DNA of 64,000 nucleotides, taken from assembly GCA_965153455.1 (NCBI GenBank), contig OZ234494.1:3410001-3474000 (forward strand), in the 5' to 3' direction. This stretch comes from Sphagnum compactum. Lineage: Eukaryota. Within the stretch, counting starts at the first letter, position 1; the number at the start of each line of letters is the position of its first letter. Made by a program: the position numbers and the translations under genes. This document shows, piece after piece, positions 50,990-63,874 of this stretch. The notes under the pieces were generated by a model that had not been told where the DNA came from, did not search any database, and saw nothing but the letters and a program-made list of their open reading frames with translations.

Positions 50990-52050
50990 CATTCTCGTGG
51001 GTTGTTGCACACTGAAAACCTAATATATGGAAATCTGGCGATTATTATTATTACTATTTTTCTCACTTCTGGCGGATGAAGCCAAACTTTTTTCGATATT
51101 TCTAATTATGTATTTCGGTTTTTGGTGAAATGTCGTCAGCTCATGGCTACACACTTGATGCAAACCTAATATAGAATTATGGCGATTCTTTTATATTCTT
51201 TTCTCACTTATGGCCATTGAAACCAACTGTTTCTTGATTTAATTTTTAAAAAATTTCGCTTTGTGGCGAAACTACTCCAGCTGATGGTTACACACTGAAA
51301 ACCCAATATAGAAATCTGGCGATTTTTTATTTTTTTTTCTCACTTGTGGCAATTGAAACCAACTTTTTTCGAATATATATTTATTTCGCTTTTTGGCGAA
51401 ATCACTCCAGCTGATGGTTACACACTGAAAACCCAATATAGAAATCTGGCGATTTTTTTCTTTTTAATTGAAACCAACTTTTTTCGAATATATAGTTATT
51501 TCGCTTTCTGGCGAAATTACTCCAGCTGATGGTTACACACTGAAAACCCAATATAGAAATCTGGCGATTTTTTCCTTTTTTTTTTCTCACTTGTGGCAAT
51601 TGAAACCAACTTTTTTCGAATATATATTTATTTCGCTTTTTGGCGAAATTACTCCAGCTGATGGTTACACACTGAAAACCCAATATAGAAATCTGGCGAT
51701 TTTTTCCTTTTTTTTTCTTACTTGTGGCAATTGAAACCAAATTTTTTCGAATATATATTTATCGCTTTTTGGCGAAATTACTCCAGCTGATGGTTACACA
51801 CTGAAAACCCAATATAGAAATCTGGCGATTTTTTCCTTTTTTTTTTCTCACTTGTGGCAATTGAAACCAAATTTTTTCGAATATAAATTTATTTCGCTTT
51901 TTGGCGAAATTACTCCAGCTGATGGTTATACACTGAAAACCCAATATAGAAATCTGGCGATCTTTTCCTTTTTTTCTCATTTGTGGCGATTGAAACCAAC
52001 TTTTGTCGAATATTTTTATATTTTATATTTCGCTTTTTGGCGAGATTTCG
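50990..52050. repeat. Tandem satellite-like array, about 130-bp unit, about 8 copies
   Basis: TTACTCCAGCTGATGGTTACACACTGAAAACCCAATATAGAAATCTGGCGATTTTT...TTGAAACCAACTTTTTTCGAATATA...TTCGCTTTTTGGCGAAA. Central units are near-identical and outer units are diverged. Confidence 0.92.
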
Positions 52051-52239
52051 CCAGGAAAAGAACCGCTCCCTCTCCTCCCCACATACGGACCTATCTCTCG
52101 TCTCTCGTCTTGTGCGCGTGGGAAGGGAAAAGGAGCAAATGCATTTGCGAGAGAGAGGGAGAGAGAGAGAGAGCGGATTGTGTTTTTGTGTCTATGAGCG
52201 CGCGTGTGCGCGTGCGCGCGTGCGTCGTTGCTTGAACAG

Positions 52240-55200
52240 ATGGGCTTACCTCAGCCCCTCGGTCCTTACGGGGTCTCGTTTGCGGACTTTGAGCTGCGGC
52301 GCACGGAGGAGCTGCAACCAAGCCAATCAGGAGGAGGAGGAGGAGCAGCAGCGGAGCCGCAACAGAAGCAGCAGCAACTGGAAACGAACGGAATCCAGCA
52401 AAACGGGGGACAAGCGCTGCCGCAAGACCTTGAAGAAACAGCAGCAGCAACAGTAGCAGTAGCAGTAGCAGCTCCACTGATGCGCATTTTCTATCCCACA
52501 GAAGCCAACACCAGATGGTCTGCATTGGATGCTAAACAGCGATGTTGGGTTCCCAACTACAACTACATGTGGGGATTCGTCGCAAGAGCAATTCCTCCCA
52601 CTTCATTCTTTGTCAAGATTTGCATCTCGTTCATTGCCTGTAAGAAGCTTTATACTCTTCCACTTCGCTCTCCCCCTCTTGTCCCCATTTTTCTGCATCC
52701 ATCAACATCTGGATGACATTGAGACCCGCCTCTTTTCAGCTGTAAGAATCACAAACAAAAAAGAAGTTTTACTCCCACTTCTCCCCCCCCCCCTTGTCCC
52801 CGTCTTTCTGCATCCACCCAAATCTGGATGCATCAAGATCCAGCTCTTTCAGCTGTAAGAATCACAAACAAACATCTGCTGGCAAATATGCAGACCTAGT
52901 CTGATGCATTTCTATGATGTATTCCACTAAGAGCTTCTGTATTCTCTCTGGTCAAGATTCCCTATCTCTGTCTTCTGAGCCAGACTTCACATCTGCTGCA
53001 CATGTTGAAGGCACAACAGGTTTGATCAAGTTCTGCATTGAAATGTGAAGCTGTCAAGTTGTGTTCATAGCTGTTGAATTTCAGCTTTTGAAAGTGCGTG
53101 TGGCAGTGAAGAAACTGCACTGCAATGCTGAATTGTCATCCCCTCATTGTGGTTGCTTTGATTGAAGAATACCAAAATGCTGAATTCTATCCTCTCATTT
53201 TGGTGGCTTCAATTCAAGGAACCCCAATGCTGAATTCCATCCTCTCATTGTGGTGGTGTCGATTGTGTGTAAACCATCCTGAAAGAGTGTCCTTTCATTT
53301 TGCACTTCTTGTTCCAAATTGGATCATAGACTGAATGCAGCTTCTATACAACTTTCTTTTTAGTGCAGCTTCGATTGACATTTCCATCTTTCTGGACATG
53401 TTCTCCTTGTTCTGTCAAGTACTTCTTTGCTCTGACTGTAAAGGTCTGAGTGGTGGTGCAGCGATTATGTACTCATTGATGTGGTTTCGGCTGCAAATCA
53501 AGGCATCTGTGCGGAAGCCACTTTTGGTGCCTAAAGGAGAGGGTGACAAGCAGCGGTTGCCAGTAGTGATATTCTCACATGGCATGTGGGCTTGCCGCAC
53601 CACTTATAGTTCTACATGCATTGATGTTGCTTCCCATGGTTACAGTTACGGTCGCTTCTTACACTGCTCCCCTGTTTCAACGCCATTCCTGTGTGCACCT
53701 GTTGAGCATCAAATGAATGAATGTGTGTATTATACTTGTTTGTGGATTTTGTGATGTGGTGGATGTCTGCACAATTTGGTACTTGAATCTTAAATTGCAT
53801 TTTCCATTGATATTGAATGACAGTTGTAGTGGCGGTGGAGCATTTAGATGGGTCAGCAGTGATGGCTCAGTATCATGACCATAGAGGAAAGCGAAAGTGG
53901 GTAGATCACGCTTTTGCTGATAAACCCTTTGATGACACACCGATGGCTGAACGCACCAAGCAACTTAGACAGGTAACAGAAAATCACAGTTTCTAATGCT
54001 TCCCTCTCACTTTCTAGGTGCCAGCTCCTTTGAAGTATTGTGTTCTTGGTTATGCACATCTATAGGATTGCACTGTAAGTGAGAGTAAGTGAGATTATCT
54101 TCTCAGGAAAGAGTTGAAAGACCTAAACCCACTAGTAAGGGAGAGAGCCTGTGCCTCTTGACTTTCCCCCTCTTGGCAGTGTGCTTGGTTGTAAAAAGTG
54201 TCATGTTGTTTGTTGTGAGCCCATCATTCCTTGGGCAAATAAGATGGACTAGGAACTACGAAAATCACATCACTTCACATGGCAGAAGTCATAGAATAAT
54301 TACAGGCATTTTCCTTTACACATCTGCCACTGTGGTGATTTGAACTCTCAGTAGGGCTTAGATGGAAAGGAAGTCTAGGTCTTATGGAATTACAAATACC
54401 CTCAAGAGGACTCTATTGATAACTTCTTTGATTTTGAAGGAGAATATTGAGCCAGAGACTATACTTCAACAGTATCAAACACTGGGATTCTTGAGCCAAC
54501 TGTATTACTTCTAACTTTTCTGTCTGCAAGACTAGAGAGGATTTGATGTTGTCATATGGGTAATTTTTTATATAACCATTTCTAAGAGCATGCCATTTTC
54601 CTTTGTGGTGCAGAGGGTTCAGGAGATTCAGAAGGTGATTGATGTGCTTGAGAGGTTAGATCAGGGCTCACTTACACAGGACTTCAACAATGTGACAGGC
54701 AGGGTTAGCCTTGACACCAAATTTTTCCAACAGCGGCTTGATTTGAACCATATTGCAATTCATGGGCATTCATTTGGAGCAGCCACTGCAATTGTTGCTT
54801 CTGGTGTGGATAAAAGAATCAAATGTTGTGTGGGAGAGGATGTTTGGTGGTCCCCTGTGGAGGAGGTATGGTTATTTTTTGTTTAGGAATATTATGACAT
54901 TGTGTTTCTTGTTATTTCTCCTGCCTTGAGGAGTTCTTTGGTGTTTTAACAGTCATCATATGGTTGGTTTTGTCCTGTCATCCTTGTGCCATTTTTGTCT
55001 CTAATTTGTCTCTTTGTGTTGACTTTGAGTCTGTTGGAACTGTAATACATTCACAGGTTGATTACTCTATATTGGTGGGCAAATCGCCTGTTTTACTTCT
55101 GAACACCGAGGGTTTTGATTGGGCTTCCTTGAGAGATTGTCGCAACAAGTTTCTGGAGGGAAGAGCGAAAGCCGACAATGTGGACACCCCATTGGTTACT

Positions 55201-57018
55201 TTGCTGATGACAATCAAGGTTAGCAGCCACTTGAGTATTTCCATGTCCCCAAATTATTTGTCACAGAACAATGGTATGTCGCATCCTTGAGGTCCCAAGT
55301 CAAGCAGAAGTTGCTTCCTTGAAACACCTGCTTTCAAAGCATTCAGAAGTATACATGGCTATCTAAACATGCCACACAGAGCATTTTCAGATGGACTGAC
55401 AGTAGGGCAGAGGCACAATGGGTCAAAAGCTAGGTAGTACACTATTATGCTTCTTGACTTTTGCACATGCTTTATGAGGCTGTAAGAATTGATACTTTTT
55501 CTCACTTTCAATTAGGGTTATGAAGGCCATGTTGGAATCATTGCTGTGACAGGGCACAGAACACATGGACCAATCTGATTTTCCACTCCTGTTTCCAACT
55601 ATTGCTAAGAGAGCAAGGTATGTGTTGATGACTTGAAAGGAAGGATAAGTTTGCTAAGCAATCCATCAGCAGCTAGATCACCTTATTTCAAAACCACCCT
55701 TTACATTACCAGATCATATGCTCTATATTTCCCAGCATGAAATGTAGTGCATCAGACACCCACCTTTATTTCAAACAACCTTTCACATCTATACCCAGAT
55801 TGTATTCTACATTTGCCAGCAGGAAAACTAGTGCATCAGATAACTGCCTCATTTCAGACAAACTTTTCACATTACCCAGATTCACATTTCCAATAGGAAA
55901 TCTAGTGTGTCAGACACTGCCACCTTATTTCAAACAACTTTTCACATTACCCCAGATTGTTTTCTACATTCATCAGCAGGAAATCTAGTACATCAGACAC
56001 CTCTTTTGGGAGGAGCATGGGCTCTGGATGTGTGCCTGGAAGTTTCCTTTGATCCACAAATGTTAGGATTGTTTCATGATTCAGTTGACTCCCTTGATTA
56101 TGTCACAGCCTTTGTTGTTGGGTTCTGAACACAAGAAAGTTGTGTGTATATGTAAGTGAAGTTATGATCTTAAAGTTTGAGATTTGCAGGATGACGGGTG
56201 TACTGGATCCCACACAGACAAAGGACATAAACAGCAGAGCGTGCCTTGATTTCTTGTACAGGAATCTTCTACCTCCTGGTATGGTTTTCCCACAATAACC
56301 CACTCAGCATCAGTTGTAGGATGTTGGGGTTTAGTCTCAACACTTTGTTGGGTGTTGATAAGGTGAAGACCCAAATCTGATCTCTCAGTGTGTTAAGGCT
56401 GTTGCATGAGGAAAATCTTGGAACACAGTCCCAATGCTTGTATTCAATTGCTGCATGTGGGTGGTGGTGAGAGTTATGTAAAGAACTGGCACTAGAATGT
56501 GGAGGGCATCTTGCTCTCAGAAGAGTTTCTGCCTCAACAGAGGAGACACCTTAAGCGTCAGGTGCCTCCTCTCCTCTGAAAATTCAATCAAAGCCATCTG
56601 TTTGAAACATTAAATTCTTCCTGATCTTCATGCCGGGTAAGAGCCTCAAATGAGGCAGTTCTGGGAATTCAGGTCACACACTTGGCTCCTGCTTGGTGCC
56701 AGGCCCTCCTCATTCCCAGAGCATATAACCCTGACCATACCCACCACTTCCAAGTTCCAAAAAGAAGGAATAGCCTCACACGGGGATATACATGGCACTG
56801 TTTTTTTGGGGATTCTGTGTTGCCAACATCATAGCAGCTACTGTTTGCTTTTTAGTGGTATGTTTGTGAGATTCTTTGCTCAGAGCTGACTTTGTCCATG
56901 TTTTGATTCATGTACAGGAACAGGAGCTCCATATGTAGTGGATTCTGTGAAAGAAGATGGTGAGCATCTTGTAATTGCAAAAGCTGCTAATCAATCTGCA
57001 TCCTCCAATTCCGTCTGA
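52240..57018 (+). CDS. Platelet-activating-factor acetylhydrolase-like alpha/beta hydrolase (PAF-AH II / PLA2G7-like). Exons 52240-52639, 53462-53644, 53824-53972, 54614-54865, 55057-55218, 55553-55617, 56190-56278, 56918-57018
   Basis: LPQPLGPYGV...MRIFYP, LPVVIFSHGMWACRTTYSSTCIDVASHGY|IVVAVEHLDGSA, nucleophile GHSFG, acid GEDVWW and His GTEHMDQSDF. All 7 introns are GT-AG and keep the frame. Confidence 0.88.
55665..56000. repeat. Degenerate tandem repeat (about 80 bp, about 4 copies) in PAF-AH intron 6
   Basis: CATCAGACAC..CACCTTATTTCAAACAACTTTTCACATTACCCAGATT...CAGCAGGAAA.CTAGT recurs. Confidence 0.7.
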
Positions 57019-57452
57019 CTGCACACTATTCATGGGGCCCTTTCGATGGGTATTTTTGATTATTGTAGGATAGGTATGTGGAGTGGGTTTTCAACACGTC
57101 TTTTGTGTACCTGGTTGGTTCTTTATTGGAGCAATTTTCTTGTCAAGCTATTGCTGCAGGTTCATGATTATAAAACAAAGAAACTCTCTTGTATTCTAGA
57201 GGATGGAGTAAACTAATAATGAGGGGTGCAATTGATGCAGATTACTGCCAAGAATGCTTTTGTGTGTAAATGATGGTTCAATAGTGCCACATAGAGTATG
57301 CTTCTGTCCAGCAGGAAAATCCAATTGGTGAGCACAATGTTGTTAGGAAGTAACCCTAATTTTCCTCCTGAGAGGTGATATACCTATTGATAAAAAACGA
57401 AGAACTAAAAACAGCACAAAGTGATATGACAAGTAGTTAGTGAGGTCAGTCA

Positions 57453-60400
57453 TTAACCTGTGTTTTGCATGCCTGCGGCAATTCCCTTCATGGTAAGGAT
57501 AAGTGTGTCCTCTAATCCTGGTGGGTATGCAGTTGTGGTATTCAATGTTACCAACTCAGATGAGACCTTCCCGGAGTTCAATCCCTCCTGAACTGCATTG
57601 TCATTGTTCTGTGTACAACTTGAAGACCGCATTTTCTTCAAACTGTATGCTTGCTGCACGTTGAGAGGAGTAATGTAGCGATCTCGTAGTTGCAAACGTT
57701 GTTTCAATGTGGGGTTTCCCTCTAACACATCCTCATGTCCAGCAACCTGCAACATAGTTCTTGTTACACCAATGGGCTATAAGCCAGAGGTAGAACCTAC
57801 AATTGCATTCTGGATCCAAATTTCACCACCCAAAAGAAATCAACATCAGACACAAACGCTGACACTTGTGGCAAATAACATTTTCCAATAATTCCACCTG
57901 ATTGCTCTTCTCAGCAATGAAACTGTTACCTGTAACAACAGAGCCCTAGTTTCATTGTACTTGCATCTCAAGTCTTCGCCAAGATTCTTGAGCTTTTCTT
58001 GATCTACAAGGAGATGGTCATAGAGTGCAGCAATTCGAGGATCACCTTTAGCAAACACCATCTCAATAAGATCAATAGTCACCCGGAAAAATGGCCATTC
58101 ATCATACATCTTGCGGAGTATTATAATGCGAGTTGAATCCCTTTCCAATACATGCTTCAGTGCACCACCAAGTCCCAGCCACACTGGCAGATGGAACCGG
58201 GTTTGTGTCCATGCAAAGATCCAAGGAATGGCACGCAGTGCTTTGATGCCTCCTTGGGGTTTCCTCCTTGAAGGCCGACTACCAATGTTCATGCGACCAT
58301 ACTCCTGCTCTGGTGTGGACTGCCACATGCAGCACAACACATTTGGGATGAATATCATTGTCAGTTTACTGATCAATGCTGGGAAAGACCAGAAATGTTT
58401 GCAGATACAAGATGTCAATGTAATGCAATGAAGCACTTGTAAGTTTGGAGTTAAGAGATAGGAATATCACAGCATTGTCAATGGAAAATTTCACTGTCAC
58501 ACCATCATGGACAAGAAGTTATCAATTGCTTGGTTTTCTGTCTCTTGGGTGGAGTGATCTCACAACTTCCTCCACATTTCTTTGAGTTCTTCCCTTCAAA
58601 TAGAGGCATGCATAATGACATTGTACATCTATAATGTAACCCTGAAATAAAAAGCTCAGGAACAGATTTTACCGCACGAAAATAAGGCACAAAAAGGGGG
58701 TTCTCAAATACTATTGAGCGGTATTCCTCAGTTGCGACCACAGCCATATCATCCATCAAACTACGCCATACTGGTTTAGGAGCAATTGGTGGGTGCATGC
58801 CATGCTCAAGGGTGGCTGCTGTAAAGCGTTGTAGTGTCCTGAAACACAAGTTTTCTTCCCCAAAAGATTGTTCAATGACTTCTCCTTGAATGGTGACACG
58901 CAGTGACCCATTGACTGTGTCAGGTGGTTGTGACAATATGGCAAGATGTGTGGGACCACCACCCCTGCCAACAGTTCCTCCACGTCCATGAAACATGGTC
59001 AAATGGACTCCATACTGTTTAGCTACTTTCACAAGATCTTCCTGGGTCTTAAACATCTGCCATGCTGCTGACAACCTTCCAGCATCCTTCCCTGAGTCGG
59101 AATATCCAATCATCACCTGCACCCAGGGGGAGAAGAAGACAAGACTAGAGGAACAAAATTTTTTTTTGCATTCACAGCACTTACGGAGACATTCAGAAAG
59201 GTAAGCACATGCTTCTTAGTTGTATTGGTCTGTGTAGCTGTGAAGCACTGATCTGGTATTCTGGAAACTACATATGCAACTTAGTTGAAGTGGGCAAGGG
59301 AAGAATGTCCCACCTCCTGCTTCCCATCAATCCGACTTAAGTACCAGTCAATGGAAAAGAGACGTGACATTGAAGCTGAAGCAGACTCCAGATCGGCTAG
59401 CTTTTCAAACAAAGGGACCACTCGCAAGGGCTTGGCAACTAAACATTCACGCTGCAATAGCTCAACAACAAGAACATCTGATGGTGTTGTTGTCATAGAG
59501 ATGACATAAGCCCCAAAGCAATCAGACGGCATCTCAGCAACTACTCGCAAGGTGTCCAACACATCTTTGATCTCAGCAGTCATAGGTAGGTCGGCACCAA
59601 AGAGTGGACGCTTGCCACAGAGCTCAGAGATCAGCCATTCCTGGCAACATGGATCAAACAACCACCACATGACATGTTATTTCTGAGCATCCTGTGCAAC
59701 AATGCTAAAGATGTCATAATAACTGCCAGTGAATCTGACGTGCCTCTAACTGAAGAATTCTTTGCTTGCTATACAGGAGTCCAACGCCCACGTTAAGAAC
59801 ATCTCTAACTGAGGTCTTGCAAATGTTGTCAGTATACCTGCCGTTGTTCTTCAGGCCAGTCCCTGTATGAACCAATGCCAAGATGGGTGGTGATGGTGTC
59901 CATGACATCAGTGTGCCGTTCAGACTCCTGCCGAATGTCCAGCTTCACTAGGCTCAAACCAAAGCATGAGACCTGACGCATGAAGTCCAACAGGCTACCA
60001 TCTGCAATGGATTTATCACCAGTCTCACAGAGTGATCTATAACACAGCTCCAAAGGCTCAAGAAACTGCAGTGTACAACCAAGCATTCCCAAGAGGAATT
60101 TGTTTAGCAGCACCAAGATTATGTAGAATTTCAGGATTCAAAATATCTATGTGGAGAGAGTTCAGGGCCAGCAATAACCAGAAAAACCAAAATCCTTGAA
60201 AATTAGCAATTCTCTTGGCCTCTTTGAGGTCCTGTTGTTGTAAGGATATTTTGTGTTGGATGTGTGATAGTATTGTGAAGGGGTGGGAATGATGATCTTG
60301 TTTGTAAGCGAAACACCTGTACATAGAAAGATTAGAAACTCATGCCATACATGGACTAGTACAAAACGCCTTAAAATTTTTCCCTCCCCATGGCCTCAAG

Positions 60401-63362
60401 ATTGGGAGGTGCTGTTCCACAGACACAGAAACATCAGTAAATATTTTGTTGTAGGTGCTTATTCAGATTTTTCAAATGACAATGATCAATTGAGTTCGAC
60501 ATGATGGTGGGAACCTCACCTGTCCCACTTTAGTGAAAGTTTCTTCCACAGGGATCTCACTCTTTCCACTGGCCAGCAGCTGTCGCATGCGCTCACGGGT
60601 CTGGTAGAGCTTGTCACGAATATCTGCTAGTACCACTCTGAAAGGTTCAGTGGCTGGTATTGTCTTCCAAAATTCTGCCACCAGGAGTGTATTCCATCAA
60701 AATCTTCCAAATAAAACTCACAATCAATAAGTCTCTCTCACCTGTAGACCCAGATGAATCAGAATTCATTATCAAGCTTTTAAACGACAGAACTTTTTCC
60801 ACACAAATGGATTCGATAAGTGCATACACACATCAGGATATTTGACTTATGGAAAACCTGGTTGGTAACAGTTCACAGCAAGAAACCCTGGAGGGAGGGG
60901 AGCCAGCAGGCCCCAATTAATGAGAGAGTAATGGTTCACAGGAACATTTTCACTTGAGGGTACTAATGTGCTGCACAGAAACATAGGTGTATGTGATCAA
61001 GATACTTTACCAATGAAATGCTTGGCCTCTTTCTTAGTGGATACCTCTAGCTGGACAACCCTGGCACGGAGTTCCTCACTGCAACGCCACATTGATAACT
61101 GCAAAACCCACCCATCAAGTTGCATTTTGTTTGTAACCAGCTCTCAGGCTGCTTGTGCCAGCCGCAAGGACGCAACCATAATCATGTCCATTCAAAGTGA
61201 TGAATCTACCATAAGTTTTATCAGCTGTGGTGAAGAGTTTAATACAGCTTGTTGATATCATATGACAACGTTTAGTTAGCAAATATCAAGATTGAGGGAG
61301 AACATCATCATATGCAAAAAAAATCATATCTTTGCCTCATAAATAGTTTGGATTACTTCAGCAACTATGAGAAGTTACTGCTGCTCAACCTCAAACATGA
61401 GATCTTCAATCTGTCCAAAGTAGAGATTTGCTGCCATTAGTCTTGCCAGAAGACAAACATCTCTTGTGACCTCTGGGGTGACTTGGGGATTCCCTGCAAA
61501 ATGCTCCATACCAAGCAGGCATATAAGCTGAACAGTGTTCATTCCTGACAAGCATCTCCAACAGAAATGTTCTGCCCAACTGACACACTTTTTTGATCAG
61601 AAGGAGCTTTGGAACACTGAATTGAGTCAGTAAACCTATAGAATGACAAGTTCCAGAAACATAATTCCAAAACCACCAATGAATAGATTTTTCTATAATA
61701 ACAGAATTAAAAAATTCATCTACACCAACTGTCTTGAGATCCATGAAGCAGCTCATTGAGAGGTAGAATGCAAAGAGATTCACCATCACGATCACCACCC
61801 ATCCAAGAGGAAAATTGAATAAGGGGTACATTGTATGGCAATCGCTCCTCTAGACCAATGGTTTTAAGAGCAGTGTCAACACGGCGCAGGAACGTAGGCA
61901 GTCCATTCCAGATCGTCTCGTGAAAGTAACTCATGCCAGCACGCATCTCATCCTGAGGTGTTGGTGGTGCCCGTCGAATTTCATCTGTTCGAAATGCTGC
62001 TTGAATCTGAATTCATCAACCGAAGGACGATCATATGCAAAACAGCAATTGCCACCAAACAGGTATGACAGGGACGTGGAAACTACAAATCATCAGCTCA
62101 AGTACTGAAATAGGCCCAGCTTGTGGGTTACAATGTGAATACACACATTGGACAGCCAAAGAACACCCCCCATAGCGAATCCTATCATTTCTAGAGTAGG
62201 ATATTCTACTGATAAACTGGTGTTTCCACATCAAAGGCAAAGGCACAATCTTCAATCTTCCCTGCATGTTATAGGACATCATCTCTATGACATTGCAGAG
62301 ATTAATCACAACAACAACAAAAACAATTGTTGAAGGGGTAACATGACAATTTGAGTGTGGCAGTCATAACCTCTATGAGAGAGAAAGAGACTTTCCACTC
62401 ACAAAGGTGTCAGACCAGCCATCATCACCTTCTTCATCATGAATAGCATCGATAATAAGCTGCCATGACTACCAAGCACCTCTGACTTCCATCAGCTCCT
62501 GACAGTAGGTGGGTGTAATAGATGTCATTGCACAACATGTTGCAACATCATCAACCTTTCCAAATTCATGGCTTTACATAAATGGGTTGGGTGTAAACAT
62601 GTTGCAACATCAGCCTTAACAATTTCAAGGCTTTACATCAATGCGCTCTTTGCATCTAAACGATGGATCCTGTCATGTGAAACAGCCACATCCGCCATCT
62701 ATGCCTAACAAAAAATTATACCCTACTCCACTTGCAAGCAGGATATCGAGCTTCATTGGCATCGTGGTTTACTTATGGGAATGCCTAGTTGATGTTGGAG
62801 AATGTTGAGAATTCACAAAAGAAAAGAAGAAGATTCAAAGGCACAAGCAAGCAAAGCAAAAGCCAAGCCAAGCCAAGCCAAGCCAAACAAGCAAAGGATC
62901 AGATGATCTCCTACCTCACGATGAAGAGCCTCATCCAGTTCCTGCCTCTCGTCACTGGTAATGTCACTTTGGTGTAGTTGTGACAAGCAACTGCGAATCC
63001 TGCCATCATCATCATCATCACCATCATCACCCAAACACAGTTGTTGAGTGTTCATTGGCAACAAAAACTCTTTCAAGCTCTGAGCTTGCTTGCATGCATA
63101 CGACTATCGCCTGGGATTGCCAACAAAACTCTTCAAGATCCAAGCTTTCTTGCATGCATGCTACTATTGTCTAGATTGCCAACAAAACTCTTCAAGATCG
63201 GAGTTTTCTTGCTTTCTTGCTTGCTTGCTACTGGTTTGTCTGCAGACTTCCTTCCTAGTGAAATGTCCAACACCTGCTTGAACATCCATTCCAATTTCCT
63301 ACAAAGCTTCTTGCCAAGAGTGCTGCAGCAGAGTGTTGTGAACAAGCTTCTGCTTCTTCTTA

Positions 63363-63416
<54 letters not shown>

Positions 63417-63874
63417 GAGGAATGAGGAGGCATTGGTACACACACACACCGGGTGTGCTTCTGAAGCAAAGATCGGCGAACGGATTGCGTAGGATGCGCA
63501 GTAAGCACCAGATCGACAGTCTGATTCTTCAAGGCATGGAAGATCTCAACAGGACTCTTGCCGAGTTGGTTCACCAAGCGTCGGAAAGTCTCTTCCAAAT
63601 CCGACTCGGTGAGTGCACTGTTCTCGTCTCCGATGTCGCCTTTCTTGGCCTCCTGCTTCACGCGTCGCCGGTCCGCGATCTGCACTTCCTCCGCTAAGTT
63701 CGCCAAGTTGAGCAGGTGCGAGAAGGAACTAGCCACCAGTATGGAGTCTCCTGCGTCCAGCGCGTTGAGAAGCTCTCCCAGTTGTTCCAGTTTTCGGAAA
63801 TCCCCCGCTCCTTCTTGTTCTCCATCATCGTTGATCTTGCTATACATCCCCGATATCTCGTAACACTTCTGCAC
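57453..63874 (-). CDS. PPC: Plant-type phosphoenolpyruvate carboxylase, C3-type (first exon outside the window). Exons 63874-63450, 62999-62915, 62006-61784, 61493-61390, 61098-61011, 60674-60520, 60065-59838, 59640-59314, 59116-58673, 58319-57930, 57746-57453
   Basis: [62 protein letters not shown] and C-terminal [11 protein letters not shown]. Exon sizes 85/223/104/88/155 match plant PEPC genes as I recall them. Confidence 0.97.
63053..63215. repeat. About 60-bp tandem repeat (about 3 copies) in a PEPC intron, with a (GT)n(GA)n microsatellite nearby at 63367-63414
   Basis: TTG(G/C)CAACAAAACTCTTCAAG...TTGCATGCAT-like unit recurs. Confidence 0.7.

Noticed and set aside
51344-52235. Repetitive ORFs (MWQLKPTFFEY..., ISILGFQCVTIS...)
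   Set aside because: Translation artefacts of the 130-bp tandem repeat.
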